From Ginkgo biloba (lineage: Eukaryota > Plantae > Ginkgophyta), in NCBI GenBank assembly GCA_024626585.2, contig JANKJI020000002.1:210638339-210671065 (forward strand): 32,727 bases of DNA. The letters are read 5' to 3'. This document shows, in pieces, positions 21,311 to 32,727 of the stretch. The notes under the pieces were generated by a model. The model was not told where the DNA came from, searched no databases, and worked only from the letters and a program-made list of their open reading frames with translations. Both the position numbers and the translations under genes were made by a program. Numbering within the stretch: the first letter of the stretch is position 1; each line of letters opens with the position of its first letter.

Positions 21311-22149
21311 ATGACCTCTTTTATGATATTTGGTATGGTCAAGTTGAGTTGTGTCTTGAAGGGAGCTCTTTTGGTATTTAAGAGAACCCTGGTGCGTAAG
21401 GGTAAACCTTGGCACTCTTCCTAGCTATAAGGGGTGGACCGGATATTGGGTTGATGGTGAACCTTTATGGTGCTAGAGGTTTGGTTGGTAGCTATGGTGA
21501 AGCGCTCTAGGGGGTCCTCATGACGAGTAGTGGAAGTACCCTGCCTATTGCCAAGACCTGACCTTAACAGTCCTACCTTGGAGTCTGTATATTGCATGAC
21601 TCATTCATAATGCATTTAATCTTATTATGATATTATGGCAATCATTATTGTGCATTTTGATGTTATGGCATTTATTTATTTATATTGATTAATGCAAACA
21701 TTGTTATTGTATTTTGTTATTATTCAAGTTAAGTTGCACGGGGAAGGCGGGGTTGTTACCATTTTGGATACGAATACATCTCAAAAACGACTCAGGTATG
21801 GTTGGGAAATGTTTCCCAACCTTACTCAAATTGTACCTATTTTGAGTACGGTTGGGAGCCATTTTCTGGCGGATAGCGGCCACTCCGCTTTGTTTTGTGG
21901 GTAGAGGACACTCTCTATGAAGGCCATGGAAGAAGGGGACACAGTGTTAGGTTCTAGTGTTGAAGTCAATTTCGTATCACATGTTTGTAGCGATCTGATT
22001 TCAAAACTCATCTTTGGATGGCGCGTTTGTGACATTAATGTGGACAACCATAATAGAAATGTGAATTTATCAACATGATCTCCTGAGTATTGCTTTGTAT
22101 TATATTATGTATTTAGATTTTTCCCTAACTAGTGATATGAGACATACAA

Positions 22150-22660
22150 GTTTATTGGTGGCATGATAAATATCATCCATGGAAGCCCAAGTTCTTCAAC
22201 CGAGTGCATATTGGGTATGAATGGAACAAGTATAATCAAACACATTATGACCATGATAATCCTCCTCCAAAGGTTGTATAGGGATACAAGTTCAACATAT
22301 TATATCCAGATTTGGTTGACAAAACAAGAGCACCTATATGTACAATTGAGAAGGATGGAAGCAATGGTGAAACATGCCTTATAAGATTTCATGCTAGACC
22401 ACCATATGAAGATATTGTATGTCTCTTAATGATTCTTCTATGTTGCATACCTTGTAGCACCATAGGCATATTATGTCACAGTTCTGCTGGCTTTAGCATC
22501 AACGAGTGTCATTTTGTCTAACTTCTGTGACTCCTGACAGGGTTTTCAGATTGTCAATAAGGAATGGGAATACTCACATAAGAAAGGTTTCAAGTGTACA
22601 TTTGAACGAGGGATCCTGCATGTCTATTTCAATTTCAAACGCTACAGATACCGTCGATAG
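22150..22660 (+). pseudogene. CACTIN: Disabled fragment of cactin (splicing factor, CactinC domain): last two coding exons plus intron
   Basis: Exon 22150-22416 VYWWHDKYHPWKPKFFNRVHIGYEWNKYNQTHYDHDNPPPKVV*GYKFNILYPDLVDK...CLIRFHARPPYEDI; GT-AG intron 22417-22540 with CTAAC branch point; exon 22541-22660 GFQIVNKEWEYSHKKGFKCTFERGILHVYFNFKRYRYRR*. Premature TAG at 22279-22281. The upstream acceptor position reads AA instead of AG. Confidence 0.95.
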
Positions 22661-23039
22661 ACACTATATTTTTTGGTGTATATATTTCAAACAAGGAACA
22701 CTTGGAGCAGTCTGTAATTGTTATTTAGTACCAAGAGTCTTTCTTTTAAAGGTGCTACTAAGTACCAAAGGTCTCAAAACAATGAACAGAGCAGTGACAA
22801 CTAAGGCAAGAAGTATCAATCAATAAGGATATAACTTGTACTCTCACACTTGGATGTGAGAGACAAATCTACTTTTTAACCTTTTTCAGCAATTTGACAG
22901 AATATTAGTTGACTATATTGTGTAATACATATTCAAGTTTTCATTTGTTCTGTTACTTTCAATCAATTTGCTTGAGCAAAAGAAGGGAGAGAATTGTTTT
23001 TCAATGATCATGATAGTCATGCATTGTGGTGAACTTAAA

Positions 23040-23151
23040 TGGGACATAATGGAATTTTGAAAAGCACAATTCAAAACCCCATGGCCTTACCTAAGCCCAA
23101 AGAATATTTTATACATTTTTTTTTCAAAACCCTAAAATTTGACACTCCCCC
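23040..23151 (-). mobile_element. Possible PPT plus truncated LTR start
   Basis: Minus strand GGGGGAG (23151-23145) directly followed by TGTCA (23144). Short motif only. Confidence 0.3.
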
Positions 23152-23859
23152 ATATGTTAGAATTTTGAGTAGTGTTGTTTCTCGCTCCCACTCCTGCCCC
23201 CACTCCCATTTCCTAGTATCTTAGGTCCAAAGCACAACGCCCTTCCTCCCCTTATGATGCATAATTTCAACAGTTTTGGGCGCAGTAACATTGGTAGAAC
23301 CCCACCAACAGCCTTTCGGCTTGATTCATTCGTTCTCCATAGCTTCAAACGGCTCCAACAACTTCAAAGGGCCTCCAAATAAGTTTGCCTTCAACTTCAT
23401 CATTGACAGGAGGTTTCGACAGTAGAAATTCCTTCAGAAAAGTTGCTAGAATCTCAAGATAGTAGTTTGTTGGTCTTAGGGAAGAAGAAAATTAGATTTA
23501 TGCGACTTCTAGGAGAAGCAAAAGAAGTAGATGCAGAGAAGTAGAAGTCAATGCCCAAAAGATGCAACAATGATGACCTTTGACGTCATCCTTAGGCCCC
23601 CTTATATAATTTTTTAAGGGACACGTTTGTACCTAAAGTTGGCTCACCATGTAGGCTCACGATTGCCAAAAAAACCTTTACAGAACTTAAACTGTCCCTT
23701 AGAAAAATTGGGCACTTGGGTTTAAGGTTGGTTGTTTTAGCATTTTAACCTATTTTTAGNNNNNNNNNNNNNNNNNNNNNNNNNNNNNNNNNNNNNNNNN
23801 NNNNNNNNNNNNNNNNNNNNNNNNNNNNNNNNNNNNNNNNNNNNNNNNNNNNNNNNNNN

Positions 23860-26210
23860 CCATTTATGTGCCCTTCCATTTTTTTAATTTAATTTAAATT
23901 ATTTGGAAACAATACAAGAACCTTCCACATACCCTTTTCTTGTACTAATTTAAATCATTTGTGAATCGTATGAGACCTGATATATAACTTCATTTCATTT
24001 AAAAATGTATAAGCAATTTATAATTTCAATGCATAAACACTATTTCACTCACCTATTAAAACATTAGCAATTGACAACATTATTCCATATCTAAAGCAAC
24101 ACGACTCTATCTCGCATTCATTCTACCTTTGTGTTTTTCTTGCCTCTAAGTACTTTTCACAATTATTGATTCACTAGTTCATGCCCTAGGATCCAATCAT
24201 AAACAAAGACCACATTCCCCTGATATTTCTCACAGTACCTCAATTATGAGACCAACCAAATTTATCTAACTTCTCAATGGGATCAACCCTATAGGACTTG
24301 TCATCAAAATACAATCCAACCTATTGACCTATTAGCAATGTTACTCGGGAGTTTTGCATTGCAACCCTCTTTCCATCAACATTAATTGGCAACCATGTTG
24401 GGGTGTAACCTAGAGTTTTTCTCCTTTGCCTTGCATGTCCAGTAATTCTTCACTAAAGGTTGAGTCCAATGCTCTTAGGAGGTCCAAACAATTTTAGGGA
24501 CTTTCTCTAGAATCTACAGATTAACTACCAAATCGAACTAGGTGTGAACATCACCCAGTCATTGCAACCCCTTGGGTAGCCCCTAATCCACTCCGGCTTG
24601 ATGTGCAACTAGTCCCATTGCCTGCCAACTCAATCCCACTGCCTAAATATTCTAGCATAGTAGATGGAGGCTTGAATGATCATGTACATTCTTACTTAGA
24701 AGCCAATGCCACCTCAGGGTTTCCTCAGAATAGGCCGCAATGTGATTATTCTACCAAACTCCTACGAGTGATGCCATCAAGTGGTATTCGTCATTACCCA
24801 CTTAATTGATCTCATCATAGGATGATTTGAACACTAACTTAATAAAATAGTTGGCCATCAAGATCAACCCTGTTGAAGTACAGAACTCCTTACCAATATC
24901 AAGCAACTCCCTCGCGAATCTGTCAAGTACTTTACTACCAGATTCATCGCATTTAAGTACACTATTTCGTCCTTGCATACCCAGAAGAATGCAAGATGTC
25001 GTGTTTACAATTATAATGAACTCGCCCTGATTATAAATTCAAAATTGGGGAAACTCTTTGAGACGCGTTGTAAACAACAATTGACATGTGCTTCTAATAT
25101 GAAAAAAGATTGTAAAGAAGCAACAAGATTCCCAAGCTAGCTTTGTCAAACTCTACTTCCTAATTTCCATTAGTTCATAATGGAAATGCCATCCACAGAA
25201 TCTCAACTAACTAGAGTAGTACAAAATATTTCCAATGACATCATCACAATGAAGAGGAGAATGGTTGAAGCATCAATGTCAGTCCACCTCCTCTCACATC
25301 CACAAAATTAGGCACTTCGTACTACTTCAGAGGAACCATCCACCAACACACCTATAACTTGCTATCAAGTCTCATCCAGGAACTCGTCTAATAGAAGACC
25401 TAGGATGCAATGTCATTTATGTTGAACTACTAGTCATGAAAGTAATAATTGTAAGTCTTATCCTTAATTTAGACAATAATACGAATGCATGTTAGGTCAA
25501 CCATTCCTTGGTGAATCCCCTAATTAGCAAATTTGATGTTTTTCCTAATCACTTTCCTACCGAGGACACATACTTCTCTCAACCAAGAGGTAGAATTCAA
25601 TATTTTAGTGATATTGATGACAATATTGAGTATGTTGTACAAAGTCAATCTCAACTACAAGAAACAGTCAGCAACATTGCTCCTCCACTACTCTTCTTTC
25701 AAAGGATAAGAAGGGGAAAAAAACTATTGCTCCCGCAATACAAAACATAGCCTAGTCAACCCCTCAGTCGAAACCCAAGCTAACTAGGACTTTACAACCT
25801 CCTATCATCAACCTCATCAATCCTACGACATCATCAAGGACCTAAAACACTACCCACCATATATGAGTCCTTTAAGACACCATTCAGACCCCTCAACAAA
25901 AGGACAACTTGTTCAAAACATCGGAATACACTCAAAAGTTATCACTTGCTCCTAATACATCGTTAGTGAACACCTTTACGAAGCGGAGACCCCTATTCTA
26001 TGTTTCAATAAGGAGTATTGACATCGAATTAAGCAATTGCTTCGTAGATACCAAAGTAGCCCACATTGTTATATCTTTGGGTGTAATAAAAGACTAGCCT
26101 TCAAGATCACTGGACCTTACCACAATAAACTAAAAGGATTCAATTGTCAAGGGATCACCCAACTAGACCAAATTAAGGATGTTTGTGTCTTTATCAAACA
26201 TCTTTACCGT
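23860..26210 (+). mobile_element. Old non-chromovirus Gypsy 5' part: LTR end, PBS, gag, zinc knuckle, protease
   Basis: ...CATCAACA (24381) plus TGGCAACCATGTTGGGG (degenerate, tRNA-Arg-like PBS, 24387-24403). Gag relics FYQTPTSDAIKWYSSLP and ELLTNIKQLPRESVKYFTTRF; CHLC*TTSHESNNC knuckle at 25411-25452; protease relic PLFYVSIRSIDIELSNCFVDTKVAHIVI...FKITGPY. Confidence 0.72.
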
Positions 26211-27419
26211 TGTGCCCGTTACAATAGTAATGTTTATTTCATAATTTTTCTTTTGTAGTGTAATGTTAGTAATAAAGTGTGTCAGCAATTTAGCGTTTTA
26301 TGTTAGTCAAATAAATGCCAATAATAAATNNNNNNNNNNNNNNNNNNNNNNNNNNNNNNNNNNNNNNNNNNNNNNNNNNNNNNNNNNNNNNNNNNNNNNN
26401 NNNNNNNNNNNNNNNNNNNNNNNNNNNNNTTCATGCAATTTCTTTTTGACGAACTCAACCCAAGGGGATCGAATACCCTGGTCAACAACAATCTTGATCA
26501 TCCTAAACTAGCTCTTAGGAATGCTAGTTGTTCTGCTTGAGTTGCAAAACCAATACTAAAGAGTTTTACTACCCACTTCGTTGCCGGTTTCATGATCCTG
26601 TTGATGCCTATTCCTCTAGAGTTGATTATGAGTTTGTTGTCGTCGCTCAATTCTATCTTGGTTTCATCATCCTAGGNNNNNNNNNNCTTCGTTGTTCTCA
26701 TGGCACTCTAGATGTCCCTTTGTGGTCCATGCCAACAAGAATGATGTCGTCCATCCAGACTCTCTTATTGTGGTTCCTTTCCAGCAAAAACCTGGTGAAC
26801 TTGGACTATTCTCCAAAATAGGTATTTTTAGCAATTTGTAGGATTCCCACTTTGTTGAGATTTTGTGCTTCCTTAGCAACTTGTGCTAGGCCATCGACAA
26901 GTTCAACTTTATCATTAGGCCAATGCCCAATTGCCCATGTTCAAAATTGGTTCAACGTTGCCTTGTCCCATTCTTGTGATTCAAACTTGGTTCTCAAAAG
27001 TGTTTCTCAATGACTTCCGCCCACTTCAAAGTATTCGTCATGTTTTATAGTTGGATACATCTCTGTGTGCTTCCTACACATTCTATTGGTATGCTCTACT
27101 TCTCCCCTCAGTTCTTGAGGTGGGGTTNNNNNNNNNNNNNNNNNNNNNNNNNNNNNNNNNNNNNNNNNNNNNNNNNNNNNNNNNNNNNNNNNNNNNNNNN
27201 NNNNNNNNNNNNNNNNNNNNNNNNNNNNNNGATCTCATCATCCATATATAGATTTTCAAGATCAAACTCATCCTCCAGAAGGTTCAAGGTAGTTGAAGCG
27301 CACATCACTACATTAATTACAACTTCATCATTATATTTTTTTTCTCCTTCTTTCTCTTTTTATTATTTTTATTTATCCCCTTAGTGGTCCCTTTGTCCAT
27401 CATATCTATTATTCCATTT

Positions 27420-28400
27420 TTGGCCACACTCTTATTGGTTATATTCTATTTTTTAGTTGCTTGATCCCTATCAACTATTTGTCTTAGATTTAGGTTATCA
27501 TTGATGTTTTTATCCTATTTATCTATTAGGAATTCCAATTGGCTGCGATTTGGTTTCTTTTTTGTGCGATTTCTTCCTAAGCCTTCTTCCTCTTCCATCC
27601 TATTCATTTGGGAATGATAGTCATTTTAGTACTAGTGAGTGTTGTTGCAATATCTATTATAGTATTGAAGTTATCCTTTGTCATATTTCCTTATTTTTAA
27701 GCTTTATTGAGTTCTCTATAATCCATGTAGGCCTTGATTTCATTTTTATTCTTCTTGGGTTATATAACTAAAGGGATTATCCACTCATCTTCTTGTATCA
27801 GTTCTATCAATCTATAGTGTAAAAACTACTCTAGCTACTATTTTACCCATTATTTGTATTTGATATTAATATTATATGGATTATTCTTCATTAGCTTTAC
27901 ATCTGAATTTAAGGTGATCTTTATTACTCTAAGTTCTTTGATGATACCTTTATTTCCTTAAATTCCATTGAAAANNNNNNNNNNNNNNNNNNNNNNNNNN
28001 NNNNNNNNNNNNNNNNNNNNNNNNNNNNNNNNNNNNNNNNNNNNNNNNNNNNNNNNNNNNNNNNNNNNNNNNNNCCACCTTGTCGTCCTTTTGTCGATCA
28101 TCTTTGCTTCGCCATTGTCGACCACTATCCTATTGGTTTTGGTCCATCTGTCGGCAACTTGGTCCCTATTGAATTTGTATGTTAGATTCAAGATGTCGTT
28201 GTTGTTGTCCTATTTGTTTGCTATGAGTCCCAATAGGTTGCGATTTGGTTTCTTTTTTGAGTAGTTGCTTCCCAAGTCTTCTTCCTCTTCCATCCTAGAC
28301 GTTTGGGAACATTAATCGTTCCAGTCTAGTGGTCGCTGATGCAGTCTCTACTTTGGTGTTGGAGTCATCCTTTGTTGTGTTTCCTCATTGTTTGTACTTA
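27420..28400. repeat. Diverged direct repeat of ~280 bp (about 27420-27705 and 28118-28400)
   Basis: Shared blocks TGCGATTTGGTTTCTTTTTTG and CTTCTTCCTCTTCCATCCTA...TTTGGGAA with collinear flanks. Confidence 0.7.
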
Positions 28401-28882
28401 GCTTTGGATAATGTGTTGCAACTTCTGACGTTCTTTTGTTATATCCTTCAGTTAGGCGCTTGAGTTGGATGATTTTTCCCTTCTCTGATAGTTTTGTTGC
28501 AGACATCTTGTCTTCATCTTTTTGGCGATGTTTTTACAAATAACCTTGGCTCCTCCTTTAATACTTCCTCATTTCATTCAGTTTGTTCTTGTTGTGCCAC
28601 CTGTCGATAGTTATGTAACTGTTATGGGCGTCATTCTTGGTTGTGTTTGTCCTTTCTATCACTCTTGTCAGTGTCGGTAACTTGGTCTTCCTTGTGTCGA
28701 CATCGGTTTAAAGCATTACTTCCTTCCCTTTGTGACTCGCCTACAATTTCCTCCTTCGTCGCCGATGTTATTTGTTGTTTACCGACGATTGTTGACAAAC
28801 TTCCCTATCTCTCTTAGAAGACAAGTGGCAGTCTAGTTTTCCATGGTACGTGCAATTTTTGTGCCTTTTTTTTTTATAAAGA

Positions 28883-29340
28883 TCACATGTAGAACCTTTT
28901 TAACCTTGCCCCATTGATAATGCCTTGAATGATATCCCCTTGTAATGTATAAATCTTGATAGAGAAATTGTCTTTCAACCTATGAATAATGAAGGTTCCA
29001 TTCCAAGAAGTTTTAATCTTTCTAGGCTTACCATTAAATTTTTTTTGGCATAATATGACGAGATCTCCTTCTTTAAATGACTTCTACTTTAGATTCCTAT
29101 TATTCCAATCCTTTTGTTGGTCGTTATTGACTTTGGATGCCCATTGTTCTCTTTTTAAATTTTATTAAGGTTCAATAGTATTTTCTCCAACAAATTTTGG
29201 TTGTCCCGCTGTATGAGGAATGCAATTATTAGAGTTAGTACCATAAATTCCATTAGGACTATTGCTTCTAGGTCATACATAAGTTGAAATGGTGTGTAAC
29301 TTGTTCCTTTTTTATAAGTTGTCTAATATTCCTGAAGTAA
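28883..29340 (-). mobile_element. Decayed integrase C-terminal half of an Athila/Tat-like Gypsy
   Basis: Minus strand: Y*TTYKKGTSYTPFQLMYDLEAIVLMEF...KSFKEGDLVILCQKKFNGKPRKIKTSWNGTFIIH...IYTLQGDIIQGIING/RLKRFYM*. Confidence 0.82.
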
Positions 29341-31293
29341 NNNNNNNNNNNNNNNNNNNNNNNNNNNNNNNNNNNNNNNNNNNNNNNNNNNNNNNNNNNN
29401 NNNNNNNNNNNNNNNNNNNNNNNNNNNNNNNNNNNNNNNNTCCATGACTTTTGATTTACCATTAATAATCACTATCTTGTAAATGACAACACTAAAAAAA
29501 ATGAAAGGTGACCTCTCAAAATAACTCAACTATTTTTAAACCCTAGCACCAAATACATGACTTCACAAAATAATATAATTCGTTGAACTTCTTTTGGCCC
29601 CTTTTAGCCTCCGTCTCGATCATGTGACTACGGCCTATCAATATTTCAACACTTTTGGAAAGAGTACAAAAACATTTTACCTCTAGTCATATGAAAAACA
29701 TCATGTGACCCAATTCACTTTAATGGAGGATGGATTTCAAAAATATACAATACAATTAAATTATTTTTAGGGTTAGTTTTAAAAATTTTATTTGTTTGGG
29801 GAATCACTGTCGCCTTCGTCTGCTTCCAGCTATGCATTGCGACCTACAACACATCTTCTATGTATCTCAGATTTATAGCCTCATACACATTGGTTTTGCC
29901 CCCACATCCTTCTCATTTTTCTATGTCGGCTACATCCAACGGGTCCATATTCCATCAGTGCTCCTTCTGCCATGCAACATGGTTGTTCTTTTTTCATCTT
30001 TTTATGCAGCAACTCCTCTAAGATCCCAGTGGCTTCATCTCCATGGCAGTTTGCAAAACAGTGGGTGCAACGACTTTCTTTCCTTTGCGGGCTCTCGATG
30101 GCTTCATATGGCTCTGCAACGTACACTATTGTTCATCAATCAATCAACAGTAATACTCACCATTGCCTCTTCATCACACGGTGATTTCAGGAGCTTCTAC
30201 AAAGACGGTTGTGTGCTGCCTACCTCTTCTATTCAGCTCGCCTCCTACTTTTGTTGCATCTTCGGACCTTCTGGGTTGTCCCTGACTCATCTGTCGCATC
30301 ACATCTTGCAACACTCCACCTGAGGCTCAATACTCTCCTCTATTCTCCATCGCCAGTATCTACCTCCAACAATTTGTTCAGAGGCTCCATGGACCTACGG
30401 CCTCATCACTTAAACTTGCAAGATTTTGGACCATGACTGGAAGTATCAATTGACTGAAATGTTTGCTAGGCAAAACAACCTTTTTGCAACCGATGAATAC
30501 TTATCTAGATCGGAGTACTTCTCTCTCCTTTCTCCCAAAAATTCTTCAAAGCTCTCGACTTCTGTTGCAGCTCCCAAAGACTAGTTGCCAGTTTCCAAGT
30601 TGATACCACAGCATTACTAACATTTCTATCTTCATTATTACAAACTTTATTATTATCACAAGCCTTTCTCATTCCACTACCAAAACGTCGTAAGATCGAT
30701 TGTCATAAAGCTTCAAGCTGGGCGTTGATGTATGAGGCCCTCTCCTTTTAACATCTCTTCTAAACTACAGGCTATGAAAATGAAAATGATCAATGACGAT
30801 GAAGCTGTTAGCTTGGAGATCAACAGGACCGCCAAGGTTGGCGATAATTGCTTGAGCTTTACCTTCCTGGACTTCATCATGGTCGGCCTTTACCATATTT
30901 TTGGATCCACCGCCATCAGTGCTCAGCTTTCAAAAAAACCTTCACACAGATTTGAAACTTGAGCTCTTCAACCGATCATCTCAGAGCTTTGTATGCAGTC
31001 TTGCAAACTGCAAACAACTAAGAAATCTTCCACAAACGAATCACTCATTAACACATTTAATAATCTCCAAGTTCTAACAGAAAAAACTTCAACCTCCATA
31101 AATCTGTGGAAGTAAAAAAATTCTCAAGCCTTTATAAATAATCTTCCAACTTCAGATTTGAAGCTTCAACAACTACACCATAACACAATTAAAAAAAACT
31201 TAGCATGCAATCTTTATAACCTCACAGCTTCAAACTTTAGATAGATAAAAACTAAAAACTCTCATGGCTTCAAACTTCAAATATAAGATCAAA

Positions 31294-31312
31294 GCTCTGA
31301 TACCCCTATGAA
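31294..31312 (-). mobile_element. LTR end plus tRNA-iMet PBS of a minus-strand element whose internal region probably runs down towards ~29440
   Basis: GCTCTGATACC (31294-31304) is the reverse complement of GGTATCAGAGC, 4 nt from a ...TTCA end abutting the gap. Confidence 0.5.
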
Positions 31313-31412
31313 NNNNNNNNNNNNNNNNNNNNNNNNNNNNNNNNNNNNNNNNNNNNNNNNNNNNNNNNNNNNNNNNNNNNNNNNNNNNNNNNNNNNNNNN
31401 NNNNNNNNNNNN

Positions 31413-31900
31413 AAATAACATAAAAGAGGAATATTTACTTTTGCTCGCCTCTATTCTATAGAAAATGGATGGTGATTGACCTTTCCTAAGCTCAAAGCCA
31501 AGTATAAACTTATGAATTCTTACATGATTATTATCAATATGTTTCTTTTTTACCTTCTAAATGAACTTAGCATCCATCTCCAAAAGGATAGTGGAAAGAT
31601 TGGGCATTGAACATTTCCAAGGAATGTGCATATCTACTCTATGTTTATCATAAGGAAGGTTCCATAGAGAGATTCAATAAGTTATGGGCACTTAAAATCC
31701 CTCCCTCCCTTTAGATGAAAAGATTCCAAAGATTATATAAAAGCCCCAATGAACTGAAGAAAGCTTTCTTTGTTAGACTTATTATGCAACATTGTATAGG
31801 CACCAAATCTACATTAGAAAGGATGGTATTGAACTGTAATGATTACCCCTTTCATGATAGAGGAAACTTTAATGCATCTATACTATAAACAGTTTGAAAA
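31413..31900 (+). mobile_element. Degenerate LINE (L1-like) ORF2 C-terminal zf-RVT region
   Basis: KRGIFTFARLYSIENGW*LTFPKLKAKYKL...RFNKLWALKIPPSL*MKRFQRLYKSPNELKKAFFVRLIMQHCIGTKSTLERM...EETLMHLYY resembles the W..IW....PK...F.W...H..L.T...ET..HL pattern. The cysteines have decayed. Confidence 0.45.
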
Positions 31901-32727
31901 TAGGTATGTGTCTTTTGCTCAACTTATCTCCTATTAGAACTTTAGTTGGTCCTTTCTTTATTGGGTCAAACATTTTCACTTGATTTTTTTACGGAAAAAT
32001 TGAAAGTTCTTATAGAACCATGGTAATGTCTCTAAGATCCCTGTACAATCCTCTTCATTTTAAAACTTCAAATATGAAGCCTTCATAAAGAAGAAAGATA
32101 ACCAGATTATTTGTTTGTTAATTTTTCCAAGTCTGATTTGTCCATATTTTTATTTCCCTTAATAAAGCACCTATTACATCATTGAATTTTCCTGTAAGGG
32201 CAAATTGCAACAATTTAACATAGTTATCTTTTAATAAGTTAAGAGGGAGTAATCCTTTTTAGGATTTTAAAATTTTAAGCATTGTGATCCGAGTCAAATC
32301 TAGTGAAGAAGAATCATTATCAACAACAAATATTCATGGTGGAAAGGAGATGATAATTTGCATAAGGAAGCCACCTTATAAGGTTCCAACACAAGTATTT
32401 TGGGTTGTTTAGATGATTCAAGAAAAAATAGTGAGAAATCAGTAAGAAAAGTGAGCCAATTGGGTTGTCAGACAGTTGGATGGATGGAAAACTAGCCAAT
32501 ATGATTATAATTGATTTTTGTACAAATACGTATATTTTAAAGAATTTAAACTTACATATTAAAAAAGTAGACATAAAGACCTTTTTAGCGATATCTCGTT
32601 TTAAAAAAATGGAGTTCGTATGTGATGTTATAGCCTTAGGAAGTTGGCCTATAAAAGCTGCCAAATATACATTATCGTGGTATTTATCCATCGCGTCGCA
32701 ACATCCATTCGTCACATCACAACATTC

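Noticed and set aside
18005-21760. One continuous element from TGTCACAACCC to GGGGTTGTTAC
   Set aside because: The ends are roughly complementary but the flanks (ATTCA vs ATTTT/CATTT) are not a TSD, the terminal CA is missing, and unrelated integrase and LTR sequence plus gaps intervene.
29796-30436. 175-aa and neighbouring ORFs
   Set aside because: No recognisable domain, non-ATG start, and location within the probable internal region of the minus-strand LTR element whose PBS is at 31294-31304.

Overview
Eukaryotic plant nuclear DNA with many N gaps. A gymnosperm origin is likely, judged from the PEX7 protein and the retroelement protease motifs (inference). The only intact gene is PEX7 (PTS2 receptor, WD40; 5244-6194, minus strand, uninterrupted CDS), with probable introns in both UTRs. 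Nearly everything else is nested, decayed retrotransposon: a CRM-type chromovirus (gag-PR-RT-RH-INT-chromodomain-PPT-LTR, ~10.2-14.9 kb), a minus-strand chromovirus 3' end that is tandemly duplicated, three non-chromovirus (Athila/Tat-like) Gypsy remnants, further LTR/PBS/PPT fragments and a LINE zf-RVT relic. Two host-gene fragments are missed or mistranslated by the ORF track: an uninterrupted, disabled VPS18 N-terminal piece (7575-7942) and an intron-retaining, disabled cactin C-terminal piece (22150-22660). The most unusual structure is a small LTR element at 389-1870 with a perfect TTGTT target-site duplication. Its 5' LTR region is a fold-back carrying initiator-Met tRNA primer-binding sites in both orientations, plus a duplicated PBS. 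All calls were made by eye and no searches were run.
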